A stretch of 64,000 nucleotides of DNA, from positions 19,284,001-19,348,000 of the forward strand of contig CM075988.1 in the NCBI GenBank assembly GCA_038087875.1, written 5' to 3'. The stretch comes from Malacoraja senta. Lineage: Eukaryota. This document shows, piece by piece, positions 1 to 12,616 of this stretch. Both the position numbers and the translations under genes were made by a program. The notes beneath the pieces are model-generated. The model was not told the DNA's origin, ran no database searches, and saw only the letters and a list, made by a program, of their open reading frames with translations. Position 1 is the stretch's first letter. Each line of letters opens with the position of its first letter.

Positions 1-81
1 TAGAAATGAGCAAAGTTGAGCAAATTTGACCTGAGGTCATCCCACCATATCCCACACATTATAAGAACGTATTACAGAAAT

Positions 82-306
82 TAGGCAATAGGCAATAGGC
101 AATAGGCAATAGACAATAGGTGCAGGAGTAGGCCATTCGGCCCTTTGGCCCTTGTGATCATGGCTGATCATCCCCAATCAGTACCCCGTTCCTGCCTTCT
201 CCCCATATCACCTGACTCCGCTATCTTTAAGAGCCCTATCTAGCTCTCTCTTGAAAGTACCCAGATAACCGGCCTCTGCTGCCCTCTGAGGCAGAGAATT
301 CCACAA
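82..306 (-). mobile_element. CR1 LINE 3' fragment
   Basis: Reverse complement of the CR1 3'UTR (GAATGGCCTACTCCTGCACCTATT) plus (GGCAATA)n tail; same 3' end as the CR1 at 58600-58710. Confidence 0.85.
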
Positions 307-977
307 ATTGACTGTGCATGGGCCTGTTCTTGAGACTATGTCTGTTTTTTCAATTGGAACTATTAGCTTTAATCAAATCACATTTCCCTTGATCCTTTCA
401 TAAAATAAATAAAAATGTATACAGAAAGCAATTGTTTTCAGGAGAAAGTTGGGCAAACTTCCATTTTTTTTGTTTACATCATGAGAGTCTTGACCTCTGT
501 AGGCTACTGTAAAAATGTTCTAAAAAACTTTCCTGTCTATTGAATGATATTTGTGGCTGAGCAATGGATCTAATTAACCTTCAATAACCTTGTCCACTGA
601 ACCGTTGCATGAAATCCTCTCCCCTGGCTTCTCATAAAATGGGGAATCCTAAATATATATCTTCATGTTGCTAATTCACCAGAGATCTAATCTTCGCTGA
701 AATTCTCTTTCAATCTTTTCCGCTCTTCTGGGCATAGCTTTAATGTTTCCAAGTGTCTCAGCATAACAGGATGGATTTTAATGTTTTTTTTGGTCTCTGA
801 GGATCGTCTTCTTGTCAAACAGCTAGCTCTGACAAAATGGCTCAGAGACCTGCTTGTCAGCATCTGTGGTACCTTGACATGGAAATGGGCAAGGGCATGG
901 GCCGAGTCAACAATTCGGAAGCAGAGCTGTGGCCCAACTCCACTTACATGCCTTTTCTCCATATTCGTTCATTCCTC

Positions 978-1272
978 GCACAGTGGCACATCAGTAGAGT
1001 TGCTGCCTTACGGCGCCAGGGACCCGGGATCGAACCAGAGTGCTGTCTGTGTGGAGTTTGTACGTTCTCCCCGTGACCGCGTGGGTTTTCTCCGAGTACT
1101 CAGGTTTCCTCCCACACTGCAAAGACGTGCAGGTTTGTTGGTTAATTTGGCTTCGGTAAAATTTGTTATAAATTGTCCCTAGTGGTAGTGTTAGGGTAGT
1201 GCTAATGTATGGGGATTGCTGGTCGGCCAAAGGCCCTTGTTTCCACACTCTATCTCTAAACTAAACTAAACT
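978..1272 (+). mobile_element. tRNA-derived V-SINE (HE1-like)
   Basis: tRNA-like head, V-domain GTGGAGTTTGTACGTTCTCCCCGTGACCGCGTGGG, CR1-like 3' end and (CTAAA)n tail. Confidence 0.85.
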
Positions 1273-1330
1273 CTGGATAAATCAGTTTCAAAACTCAAAT
1301 CAACAATTGATCCAGCACTGGTTGTTATTT

Positions 1331-1630
1331 AGAGTCATAGAGTGATACAGCATGGAAACATGTCCTTCAGCCCATCTTGCCCATGCCGACAAAACATGCA
1401 CCATTTACACTAGTCCCACCTGCCTGCATTTGGACAATCCTTCTAAACCTGTCCTATCCATGTATCTGTCCAAATGTATTTTAAATGTATGATATTACTT
1501 TCCTTAACTACCTCTTCTGACAGTTTGTTCCAAACACCCATCACTCTTTGTATTAAAAAGTTGCCCCTCAGGTTCATATTAAATCTTTCCCCTCTCACCT
1601 TAAACTTATGTTCTCTGTTACTCTGGGGAA
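1331..1630 (-). mobile_element. CR1 LINE 3' fragment
   Basis: Translates to FKVRGERFNMNLRGNFLIQRVMGVWNKL (CR1 ORF2 C-terminus); AGAGTCAT tail. Confidence 0.8.
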
Positions 1631-2853
1631 AATGTGATGGTGGAGTGATGAATCTGGAGATGCCCAGGAAGTCAGAATTGGAGGAGTACGGAGTTATCAA
1701 AGATACAAGGTGAAGATTAAAGGTGGGGAGGCATATGGCATAGCAGGATTTGAAAGGAACTTAGAATTAAGGTCAATGTATAACTAGAAGCCAATGTACA
1801 ATGAACCAAAAGAATTTCTAAACCATGATATTATTATTAGCTCCTTTAGACTGCCCATTCAGGGCTGAAGTTCGGTTTCTGGAGCCATTAACACTGTGCG
1901 ATGGTGACACATTTTCCTGGCCTCACTAACTGGAGCCAAGCTTTCAATCTGCTTACGCATTGTAAATCCAAATTAGACAAGGGTGTCAGAAGTGCCTTGT
2001 AAGATGAAGATATATAATGTAATAATTTCCTAATCTATGCACAGACAATTTAACAATATGAATCAGGATGTTATAATTGTCGCAGAGTTGGTTAAGATTG
2101 ATAGAAGGGAGGGGGTGGAGATTGGTTTAAAATGCAGGACTATGGGATGGAGGACTATGGGATGGAGGGAAGGAGGGATGGAGCAAAGGAGGGACGGAGG
2201 GATGCAATGCAATGAGAGGATTGATGAGAGCTTGCTTGACCAGCTTTATAATCATGCATATATTGTTACAACTAAAGATCTGGAGTGAAGGCACTTATGA
2301 GGTGTGAATGAATGGAAAATTAAGCATGACCAGTAGAGGAGGAGGGTTACAATATTTCACTCTGAATTTCACTGAGTTCACATCAACTCCATATCAACAA
2401 TACTAATACATGAACTCTTTGGGAACTAAGCTATCCATTCAGTTTTCGCGTTAGAATCCCAAGGGAACCCAGAGAAACAACCTTCCGGACTCTCAGTCAG
2501 AAGAAGTGTCTCAACACTGAAACGTCACCCATTCCTTCTCTTCCGAGATGCAACCTGTCCCGCTGAGTTACTGCAGCAATTTGTCTCTTACGTCATAATT
2601 ACATGTTGAAAGGATTTGTCTACATCTGCTTATCTCAACGCCCCAGGACTTTGTGGTCTGGGAACGCCTGAGGGTAGTGTCCTCAGACCAAACATCTTCA
2701 GCTGCTTTTCCAGTCATGCTCACTCCAAACCTCTCACTGCCTCTACAAAGTGGGAAGGGCAGCAGGGGCATCTGCTCCACCACCTGTCTCGCGACGTCTC
2801 CTGTTCTCTACTGGATGTCCTCCTGAGAGATAGGGTGTGGTCAGTCATCGAGT

Positions 2854-3598
2854 CATACAGTCATACAGTGTGGCCCTTCAGCCCAGCTTGCCCGCGTCGA
2901 CCAACATCCCCCATCTACACTAGTTCCACCTGCCCACGTTTGGCCCATATCCCTCTAAACCTGTCCTATCCATGTATCTGTTTAAATGTTTCTTAAACGT
3001 TGCGATAGTCCCTGCCTCAACTACATCCTCTGGTGGCTCGTTCATACACCCACCAACCTTTGTGTAAAAAAGTTACCCCTCAGGTTCATATTAAATCTTT
3101 CCCCCCATTACCTTTAAACCTTTGTGCTCTGGTTCTCGATGCCCCGACTATGGGCCAAAAGCTCTTTGCTTTCAAGATTTTGTACACCTATATAAGATCA
3201 TCACTCATCCTCCTGCCCTTCAGAGAGTGAAGTCCTAGCCTGCTCAAACTCCCCTCCTTGAATCCTGACAACATCCTCGTAAATCTTCTCTGCAACCTTT
3301 CCAGCTTGACAACATCTTTTCTTAATATAGTGCCCAAAACTGAACACAATATTCTAAATGCGGCCTCATCAATGTCTTATACTTCTGCAACATGACCTCC
3401 CAACTTCTATACTCAATGCTCTGACTGATGAAGGCTCATGTGACAAAAAGGCCTTTTTGACCACCTTATGAGAAGCCACTTTCAATGAACTAAGTACCCG
3501 TACTCCTAGATCCCTCTGGTCTACAACACTCCCCAGAGCCCTGCCATTCACTGTGTAGATTCTGCCCATGTTAGTGCTGCCAAAATGCAACACCTCAG
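2854..3598 (-). mobile_element. CR1 LINE 3' fragment
   Basis: Degraded RT C-terminus (DQRDLGVRVLSSLKVA...) and 3'UTR. Confidence 0.8.
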
Positions 3599-3687
3599 GA
3601 CTGAAAGTGTAGCGGGGAGGAAAGGAAGTGCGAGGGAGAGGTGGGACAAGAACTGGCAAGTGATAGGTGGATGCAAGTAAGGAGGAC

Positions 3688-3942
3688 TTTAGTTTAGTTT
3701 AGTTTAGTTTAGAGATACAGCGTGGAAACAGTCCCTTCGGTTCACCGAGTCCGTGCCAACCAACGATCACACCATACACTAACACTATCCTACACACACA
3801 CTAGGGACAATTGACAATTTTTACCGAAGCCAATTAACCTACAAACCTGTATGTCTTTGGAGTCTGGGAGGAAACCAGAGTGCCCGGAGAAAACCCACGC
3901 AGGTCACGGGGAGAATATATAAACTCTGTACAGACAGCACCT
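3688..3942 (-). mobile_element. V-SINE (HE1-like), 5' truncated
   Basis: (TTTAG)n tail on +, V-domain on -. Confidence 0.85.
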
Positions 3943-3945
3943 GTA

Positions 3946-4148
3946 AGATAGACTCAAAATGCTGGAGTAACTCAGCGGGACAGGCAGCATCTCTGGAGAG
4001 AAGGAATGGCTTACGTTTCGGGTCGAGACCCTTCAGACTGGTTAGGGATAAGGGAAACGAGAGATATAGATGGTGATGTAGAGAGATAAAGAACAATGAA
4101 TGAAGGATAAGCAAAAAAGTAACGATGATAAAGGAAACAGGCCATTGA
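3946..4148 (-). mobile_element. Penelope-derived segment
   Basis: Shared GCTGGAGTAACTCAGCGGGACAGGCAGCATCT block and partly deleted hammerhead motif. Confidence 0.65.
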
Positions 4149-4498
4149 ATAGGTTACTCCTCAGGACAGCGTGCTGAATGAAGCTCCCATGTTAACGATT
4201 CAACTCCGGTGTTTTGTGCGTTACAGTATCTCCAATGCCAACATGTCAGTCTAAACTTCTTAAATCTGTAATGTATTGAATAATCAACACGCTCTAAAGA
4301 TACTTCACTTTAAAACCTACTTGCATATTGGTAGCTGTATAGCCCGCAAATACATGAAATCCATTATTTATCATGAGCAATGTACTTAAACTGGTTAAGC
4401 TGGAATTCAGAGAATTTGCTGCTCATTTGAATTTGTTTGCTTGTATTTTATTTGGGGAACGCTTTTTCTTTTTCTTCGATTCTTATTGCATCTCGTAG

Positions 4499-4555
4499 CA
4501 GGACGACAGGACTGCAGCAAGCGGTGGCAGCGATAACGGTCGGTCCCACCAGGAG
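4499..4555 (+). CDS. Candidate 57-nt cassette exon of an unidentified host gene
   Basis: Pyrimidine tract + TAG/CAG (NAGNAG) acceptor, GAG|GTAGGG donor, open frame QDDRTAASGGSDNGRSHQE, non-repetitive context; no homology recognised. Confidence 0.35.
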
Positions 4556-5324
4556 GTAGGGGAGGGTTTGTACATCACCCGAGGTATTATCAGGATGAAG
4601 GGCTTTTGTAAACGCGGATGCTTTGGAAACCTCCCATTCAGGCAGCATAGCGACTGTTTGCACAACAGGAGATGGGGACTACAAGCTCCGTTTATACAAA
4701 GTAAACATGTGTACAACAAAGGCAGCAGGCAAGTGTGACTTGACAAGGCCTCGGCTATATAGAGACGGCGGTGAATGTAATTAATCATTTATGAAAAGTG
4801 TCACAATGCTTTATGAACCAGATCTCACTGAGATCCAATTAGGTTTCTGATTTCCCTCGGGTGCACTCACAGAAAAGACAATCCCATTTGATTCAACGCG
4901 GATAGCAATGCATTGTACAGTATTTATAACTGTAAGAAATATTACTTGGAACCTCACTTTGAGGATTACAGTTGTACGAGGCAGTTTGTTTCTTTTTCAT
5001 ATGAGCTCTGTCAACAGTAATGGGAGAGTAACCCATGACCGCTGAGTAACAAGAGCTTTAGGCAAAGTCCTGTGTGCAACTAATTTCACAACGGAAGGGG
5101 TTTAACTCCTCTGCAGGGAGTTTTTTTTGGCTGAGGCGCTTGCAGACATCATTTTTCAAAACAATCGCACTGAAGGGCAACACCAGTCTTTATCAAATGG
5201 ATAATGCCTTCGACAAGAACAAAACCAGAGAAAGCGAAAGCGGCTGACCCAGGGGCAAAACGCTGCTGTGGGAAGCTGTGTAAAACAGGTGCTCACAATG
5301 TAGTCTGCCATTGAAAGACCCCGA

Positions 5325-5660
5325 AGATAGACACAGAAAGCTGGAGTAACTCGTCGGGTTAGGCAGCATCATTGGAGAAAAGGAATAGGTGAAGTTTTGC
5401 GTTGAGACCCTCTTCAGACTGAGAGTCAGGGGAGAGGGAAATGAGAGATGTATAGAAGGCACATAGAACAAATGAATGAAATATATGCAAAAAGCAATGA
5501 ATTGTAAGGAAAGGTGGAGCCCACAATGGTCTATTGTTGGCTGTGTGGGAACGAGTTGTACAAACAGTGAAACTCAACAGGACGACAGTGAAACTAGTAC
5601 GACGACTTGGGTGGGGAAGGGACGGAGAGAGAGGGGATGCAAGGGATACTTGAAGTTAGA
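5325..5660 (-). mobile_element. Penelope-like element 3' portion
   Basis: Same terminal block with degenerate hammerhead motif and purine-rich UTR on +. Confidence 0.65.
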
Positions 5661-5839
5661 TCCAGGCGTGGACTACACAGTGAATGGTGGCAGTGGCGGG
5701 TACAGTGGCTCAATCTGATAACGTTCCACCTCTGCCACAGCTCAATACAAATTTCCATCCTAGAGGATTAGAGTAAAAGAGATTAGATCAAAAAGCATTG
5801 CCGTTCAATTACAAAACGAGGCTCAAAACTATATTTTAA

Positions 5840-6405
5840 TCATTTTAACTCCCCTTCCCATTCCTATACTGACCTTTTGGGTCCTGGGCTTCCTCCAATG
5901 CCAGAGTAAGGCATATGCAAACTGGAGGAACAGCACTTCATATGTTGCTTGGGAAGCTTACAACCCAGCGGCATGATCATTGAATTCTCCAATGTCATGC
6001 AATCTCTTAGAAACCTCCCCTCCCATCTATCTCACTTGTAAACACACCCCTCTTCATTCCGTACCCCTGATCCCCGCTAATTTCCCCCTTCCCCCTCCAC
6101 TCTCCACCTCCATTCATTCCTCTGGCTTCACAATTAATCCTTGTGCCTCACGCCTTTATTTTTCATTTGTCCAAGCCTCTGCATTATCACAAACTCATCT
6201 CGCCTGAGTTCGCCTACTACCTGTCACATTTTATCCTGCCCCTTTTCTCTTTCCAGCTGTCTTCCTCGCCCCTGCAATCAGTCTGAAAAAGAGTCCCAAC
6301 CTGAAACATCACCATATCCATGTCCTCCAGGGATGCTGCCTGACTTGCTGAATTGGTTTATGCCTTTTTCTTTGTAAACCAGCTTCTGCAGTTCCCTGAT
6401 TTCAA
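5840..6405 (+). mobile_element. Penelope-like element 3' end (GIY-YIG C-terminus, 3'UTR, hammerhead-like motif)
   Basis: 5841-5993 translates (with frameshifts) to HFNSPSHS...LEEQHFICCLGSLQPSGM.IEFSN; CTGAAAAAG...GAAACATC at ~6283-6310. Confidence 0.75.
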
Positions 6406-6410
6406 CATTT

Positions 6411-6769
6411 TAATAATAATAATAATAATGGATTGGATTTATATAGCACCTTTCTAATACCCAAGGCGCTTTACATCGCATTATTCATTCATTCCTCAGT
6501 CACACTCGGTGGTGGTGAGCTACTTCTGTAGCCACAGCTGCCCTGGGGCAGACTGACGGAAGCGTGGCTGCTAATCTGCGCCTACGGCCCCTCCGACCAC
6601 CACCAATCACTCACACACATTCACACACACACACATTCACACGCGGGCAAAGGTGGGTGAAGTGTCTTGCCCAAGGACACAACGACAGTATGCACTCCAA
6701 GCGGGATTCGAACCGGCTACCTTCCGGTTGCCAGCCGAACACTTAGCCCATTGCGCCATCTGTCGTCCC
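6411..6769 (-). mobile_element. tRNA-derived CORE-type SINE (AFC-like) with L2-type tail
   Basis: On -: A/B boxes (TGGCGCAATGG, GGTTCGAATCCC), CORE-like GTGTCCTTGGGCAAGACACTT, tail AAAGCGCCTTGGG...TATATAAAT(TTA)n. Confidence 0.8.
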
Positions 6770-6787
6770 TGATTTTTAAAATATAAG

Positions 6788-7025
6788 TTCATAAGTCATG
6801 TGATAGGAATTGAATTAGCCCATTCATAGACTTGAATTCAAGTCTACTCTGCCATTCAATCATGGCTGATCTATCTCTCCCTCCTAATCCCATTCTCCTG
6901 CCTTCTCCCCATAAACCCGTGACACCCATACTAATCAAGAATCTATCTATCTCTGCCTTAAAAATATCTATTGACTTGGCCTCCACAGCTTTCCGTGACA
7001 ATGAATTACACAGATTCACCACCCT
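6788..7025 (-). mobile_element. CR1 LINE 3' fragment
   Basis: RVVNLCNSLSRKAVEAKSIDIFKAEIDRFL plus 3'UTR. Confidence 0.8.
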
Positions 7026-7317
7026 GTATTTTGATGTTGTGCATTTATTTTCTCTTAATAAACATTTGATCTTATTTACGCAGAAATCATCCTTAGTTGA
7101 TAAAACTAAACTCACTATGCATTGGAGACACAAGAGACTTCAGGTGCTGCAACTCAGGAGGCCATGCAGCATCTGTGGAGGGATTGGACAGATGAGATTT
7201 CAGGTCAAGACCCTTCTTCAGATTAAATACTACTGGCTGCACACACGCATCTGTTTCCATAATTCAGTTGGAGGCAGAATATTGGTGCCTCACAGCGCCA
7301 GGCCCGGCTTCGATATA

Positions 7318-7798
7318 CAGTGCATTCAGAAAGTATTCAGACCCCTTCACTTTTTCCACATTTTGTTACGTTACAGCCTTATTTTAAAATGGATTAAATT
7401 CTTCTTTTTTTTAATCATCAATCTACACACAATACCCCAGGATGAAGAAGTGAAAACAGCTGTTTAGAAATGTTTGCAAAGTAGTTAAAAAGAAATAACT
7501 AAAATATCACATTTACATAAGTATTCAGACCCTTTGCCATGACACTCAAAATTTTGTCGGATTGTGTCGGACAGGATTGTGTCGAGACACAGATCTGGGG
7601 GTGGGGAAGGGTATAAAACAATTTCTGCAGCATTGTAGGTCCCGAAGAACACAGTGGCCTCCGACATTCTTAAATGGAAGAACTTTGGAACCACCAGGAC
7701 TCTTCATAGAGCTGAAACTGAGCAATCGTGGCAGAAGGGCCTTGGTCAGGGAGGTGACCAAGAATCCGATCGATGGTCACTCTGACAGAGCTCCAGAG
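7318..7798 (+). mobile_element. Tc1-family DNA transposon, left IR/DR plus internally deleted transposase N-terminus
   Basis: TA|CAGTG terminus; direct repeat AAGTATTCAGACCC at 7331 and 7519; fragments RIVSRHRSG..GYKTISAAL..KWKNFGTT..KLSNRGRRALVREVTKNP. Confidence 0.85.
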
Positions 7799-8659
7799 TC
7801 TGCCTCTTCCTTCTCTGTTGTTTGATAGTATGTGTTAAATGTATGTTTTTGTGTTCTGTGTATGTTGTTATATGTGGGGGGGGGGGTGGTGGGGGGTTTG
7901 GGGGAAACTTTTTTAAAATCCCTTACCTCGACGGAGAAGTATCTCCGTCTGCACTGCGGCCTATCATCGAGGAGTTGGTGGACTCTGCTGGAGAACGACC
8001 GGGTGCTCCAACCACGGGATCCAATGGTGGAATAAAACTGATTTTGAAATTCGAGGGGGGAACGGGTAGTTGGATGAGGTGCAATAGGGGAAATGATGGT
8101 TGTGTTATATGAGTTTCCATGAAGGGTTTTGTACCTTTTTTTAAATCATTTTGTTCTCTTAATGATGTCCTTTTAGTATTGAATGCAGTTGCCGCATCGA
8201 CAAATGAAATGCAAAATGAAGGCTGGCAACAGAAGGGAATTTTCAGCTACAATGGCAGACTTCTACCATATGAATTAATTTTGAAAACTCAATAAAGTTG
8301 GTCTCAGAGGACAAAAAATAATAAGATTCAAGATTTCCCCATGATAGAAGCTCTAATCTGCGCTATGAAAGGAACCGATTTGGGCAACTTGTGTTACAAG
8401 ATAGCTGCAAAATACAGCCAAAAAAAATCTCACAAAGATAAAATGAAGGCATTATGGTTGCACAGTGAGTGAACAGGAAATCTGATCAAAGCAGATAGAT
8501 TTACCAAGAGGCCAATCTGCTCATCCTGTCTGTGCTAACATTTGACATTACCTTTGATGATACGTGCAACTCAACAATGAAATGGAAAACTACAATTCTT
8601 TCAATATTATAATTCTGCTTTTATTTACTGTTTCTCTGTAGGTGAATGGATAATTTCCT

Positions 8660-8897
8660 TAGTCAGAGGGTGGTGAATCTGTGGAATTCTTTGCGACGGA
8701 AGGCTGTGGAGGCCAAGTCAGTGGATATATTTGGCAGAGATGGATAGATTCTCGATTAGTACGGGTATCAGAGGCTATGGGGAGAAGGCAGGAGAATGGG
8801 GTTAGGAGGGAGAGATAGATCAGCCATGATTGAATAGCGGAGTAGACTTGATGGGCCGAATGGCCTGTCTGCTCCTATCACTTATGAATTTATGACT
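8660..8897 (+). mobile_element. CR1 LINE 3' fragment
   Basis: QRVVNLWNSL motif and 3'UTR. Confidence 0.8.
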
Positions 8898-9107
8898 TTA
8901 TGATGAATCTGATGAATCTCTGCAGGGGAAACAAGAGAAATGTAGATGCTGGTATCTTGAGCAAAAATTGAGGTGCCGGAGGAACTCGGCAGGTCAGGCA
9001 GCATTTGTGGAGGGGATGGACGGGCAACATTTCGGGTCGGGACCCTTCTTCAGATTCTGCAAGATCTCTGCAAGATGTCCATTGAGAATTCGGACAAGAA
9101 TTTGCTG

Positions 9108-9626
9108 GAATGAATGAATGAATGAATGAAATAAGTTTATTGGCCAAGTATATTCACATACAAGGGATTTGCCTTGGTGCTCCGCTCGCAAGTGACAACA
9201 GTTAGGAATGACACATAAAACATTAAACATTAATAATAAAACATTATCGATTAAACATGTGAATTAAATAAAATACCAGAGCAAAGGGAGGCTACAGATT
9301 TTTGGTTATTGAGTAGTGCTACTACTCGTGGAAAAAAGCTGTTTTTATGTCTGGCTGTGGCAGCTTTGACAGTCCGGAGTCGCCTTCCAGAGGGAAGTAA
9401 TTCAAAGAGTTTGTGGCCAGGGTGAGAGGGGTCAGAGATGTTCTTGCCCGCTCGCTTCCTGGCCCTTGCAGTGTACAGTTCGTCGAATGAGGGAAGATTG
9501 CAGCCAATAACCTTCTCAGCTGATTGGACGATTCACTGCAGCCTCAGGATGTTGTGCTTGGTGGCTGAGCCAAACCAGACTATGATGGAGAAGGTGAGGA
9601 CAGACTCTACAATGGCCGTGTAGAAT
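9108..9626 (-). mobile_element. Rex1/Babar-type LINE 3' fragment
   Basis: Minus-strand ...SIIVWFGSA...DPSHPGHKLFELLPSGRRLR...NSFFP; (TTCA)n tail. Confidence 0.75.
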
Positions 9627-11044
9627 TGGACTGGAAATACCCGAACCATCTCTCCTGATGCTGGTCGTTAGCAATGTGGGTGATATGGAGTGACCAAAAT
9701 TACTTGAAATACAAATGTACATAAAACAATATTTTTTATTTTTATTTGATTCCTTGCTTAAAATAGTTGCCCAAACTGATCGAACTCGGGTCTCTGGCAT
9801 TGTAAGGCAGCAACTCTACCGCTGCGCCACCGTGCCACCTGGTGCAGTCCTCCAGCACTTTGTACTTTTATTCTTTTCATTGCCCTTGCACTCTCTCCTC
9901 CATTACCATCTCCTCTTAAACTCCTCTTTCTGTTTGATCTCTCTGAAAATCTTTTTAAAAGGCTCAGTGGCAACATTCATTTCACAATGTTTCTGCGAGG
10001 ACCCTTGAGGTGTTTCACTGTGTCATTAGTTCTCTATAAAAGCAAGCTGTTATCGAACAAAGTCCCGAGCACTTGGTCAAGTGAATAAAACGACATCTGT
10101 ACGCGGTGTGGGTGTGAATATGAACACAGGCCAGACTCCACATTTCCAATTGAATATGCTGGTCCCACTCACTAACTTATTGTCTTTTATTAAAGCTATT
10201 TAAAAAAAAATGTTTTATTTTGCCTTGACATCCGAAGCTTTGGCCTGGAAAATGAATGGTAAAATTATGCTGTTAGCTCAGCACTGCTGCCATCCCATGA
10301 CCCTGCTCTCTGCCTAGAGGTGGTTAATATTCAGCAGACTATGGCTAATAATCCTCCAGTATTGAATCAGAGTAGCTAATATTTCACTTTAACTCCACAA
10401 CTCCACTACCGCAGGCCAACTCTTCATGGATCATTTTCCTTCATTTTACCTAAACCATAAATAACCTTGCCCTGATTTGTATTACAATTATTCATAGATC
10501 AATCTTACAAATAAGATTCATAGAGCATTACAGCATGGAAACAGGCCCTTTGGCCAAACTCATCCATTTCAACCAAAATGGCCCATTTAAGTTAGTCCTA
10601 TTTGCCTGTATATCTATATAAATAAAAGTCTCATCTTGACCACTTCCTGTCTGCGCTGTATATTGATTTTAGAAAAAAAGCTCCAATATATCGCTATGAT
10701 TTTTGGCCATCTTACTCACAGTCCTCCTCCACTGAGGCAGCCCCAAGGATTTTTACGATCCATGAAAAATAAAAAAAGTAATGAGTGTTTAAAAAATCTT
10801 GAGATCAGCTGATTGGTCCTCTTGCCTGTCAATCACCTCGATGAAGGTAACGCCCCTTCCAGGAGGGGGGGGGGGGCAATAAAACCCCGGATGCCTGGAC
10901 GTGAGTCAGTCACTCTGGAAGATCGTGAGGCAGAGTCCACAAATGTGATTCTATGCTGTGAATCAACTGGAGTGTGAGTCTGCAATGTACTTGCAATAAA
11001 TGATTTGTTGGCCCTTAATGACAATGCAATGAGTTGGTTGGCAA

Positions 11045-11440
11045 TTTGGTGGCCTGCACTCTGCTTGAAATGCTGTGAAATTGAGTTTGGTGGCCTGCAC
11101 TCTGCCTGAAATGCTGTGAAATTTTAGTTTGGTGGCCTGGACTCTGCCTGAAATGCTGCGAAATTGATTTTCGTGGCCTGCCTTTGCCTGAAATGCTGTG
11201 AAATTGAGTTTGGTGGCCTGCATTCTGCCTGAAATGCTGTGAAATTGAGTTTGGTGTCCTGCACTCTGCCTGAAATGCTCTGAAATTGAGTTTGGTGGCC
11301 TGCACTCTGCCTGAAATGCTGTGAAATTGAGTTTGGTGGCCTGCACTCTGCCTGACATGCTCTGAAATTGAGTTTGGTGGCCTGCACTCTGCCTGAAATG
11401 CTGTGAAATTGAGTTTGGTGGCCTGCACTCTGCTTGAAAT
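11045..11440. repeat. 41-bp minisatellite (~10 units) inside Helitron copy 1
   Basis: Unit GCTGTGAAATTGAGTTTGGTGGCCTGCACTCTGCCTGAAAT. Confidence 0.95.
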
Positions 11441-11459
11441 GGAATTTCAACGAATAGCC

Positions 11460-11640
11460 ATGAGTGAACTGCCAGCCCACCAGCCCTGAGTGACTGATCT
11501 GCCAGCCCTCCAGCGCTGAGTGACTGAGCTGCCAGCACACCAGCCCTGAGTGACTGAGCTGCCGGCCCTGAGTGACTGAGCCGCCAGCCCACCAACCCTG
11601 AGTGACTGAGCTGCCAGCCCAACAGGCCTGAGTGACTGAA
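11460..11640. repeat. 30-bp minisatellite (~6 units) inside Helitron copy 1
   Basis: Unit CTGAGTGACTGAGCTGCCAGCCCACCAGCC. Confidence 0.9.
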
Positions 11641-12493
11641 CTAGCCCTCTGGAAACCAGTCCCTTTGGCCCACAACACCCATACTAGTAAGCCCCCCCCC
11701 CCACCACTGGTCACCAATATTGGAATTGGTGGAGAGGTGAAATATTGCGTTGGGGGACCAGCCCTCCCGTGTGAACATGGGTCCCACTTAGTCTAGTACC
11801 CCTCCAAACCTTTCCTGTCCCAGTAAGCATTTCTATATTGCACTACTACTACGGACTGACGCAAAACTGCATTTCGTTGTACCCATACTCAGTATTTGTG
11901 CAATGACATTAAAGTTGAATTGAATTGAATTGAATTGAATTGAATGTGCTGGAGTAACTCAGCAGGTCAGGCAGCATCTTTAGTCTAGTTTAGTTTATTG
12001 TCACGTGTACTGAGTTACAGTGAAAAGCTTTTATTTAGTGCTAACCAGTCAGCAGAAAGACTATACTTGATTACAATCAAGCTGTCCACAGCGCACAGAT
12101 ACATGATAAAGGGAATAATCTGTGGAGGGAATAGATAGGTGACCTTTCGGGTTGGGACCCTTCTTCAGACTTTTAAATGATATTATTTTACCTGCCTCCG
12201 CTACTTCCTTTAGCAGTTTGATCTAGACACCCACCACACACTGTGTTACAAAGTCACCCTCAGGTTCCTATTAAATCTTTCTCCCTGCATCTTAATAGAT
12301 ACATTCACCTGATCTATTTCTCTCATTCTTTAACCAAATGATTAGAGTTTGTTCTGAGGAAACTCTTCGGCAGTCTCTGAAGTCAATGGGAAATATTGCC
12401 CTGGATTCCACCTGTTAGCCAGGACTGTCCCAAACCTGCTCTGGATACAGACAGTGCCTCCAATGATGGATCCTCAGGTCCCCTTGGGATGCC

Positions 12494-12607
12494 CTGATAA
12501 CCTTGAATACAAATCAACAAAATCATTATTTGTCAAACATTAATGCAGTCCTGACAACATTGAATACAAATCAACAAAATCATTGTTTGCTAAACATTAA
12601 TGCAGCT
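12494..12607. repeat. 57-bp tandem duplication (2 copies)
   Basis: TTGAATACAAATCAACAAAATCATT...AAACATTAATGCAG repeated. Confidence 0.9.
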
Positions 12608-12616
12608 TTTATTAAA

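Larger units (their letters stand above)
10613..11796 (+). mobile_element. Non-autonomous Helitron, copy 1
   Basis: A|TCTATATAAATAAAAG 5' end, CTAG|T 3' end, no TSD, splits a CR1 fragment; subterminal hairpin half-deleted; homologous to 17794-19305. Confidence 0.85.

Noticed and set aside
687..1182. Overlapping 79-133 aa ORFs
   Set aside because: No recognisable domain; the + strand ORFs run into a SINE.
10963..11717. Long repetitive ORFs (219, 197, 137 aa; also 18003-18922)
   Set aside because: Artefacts of stop-free minisatellite units, open in several frames.
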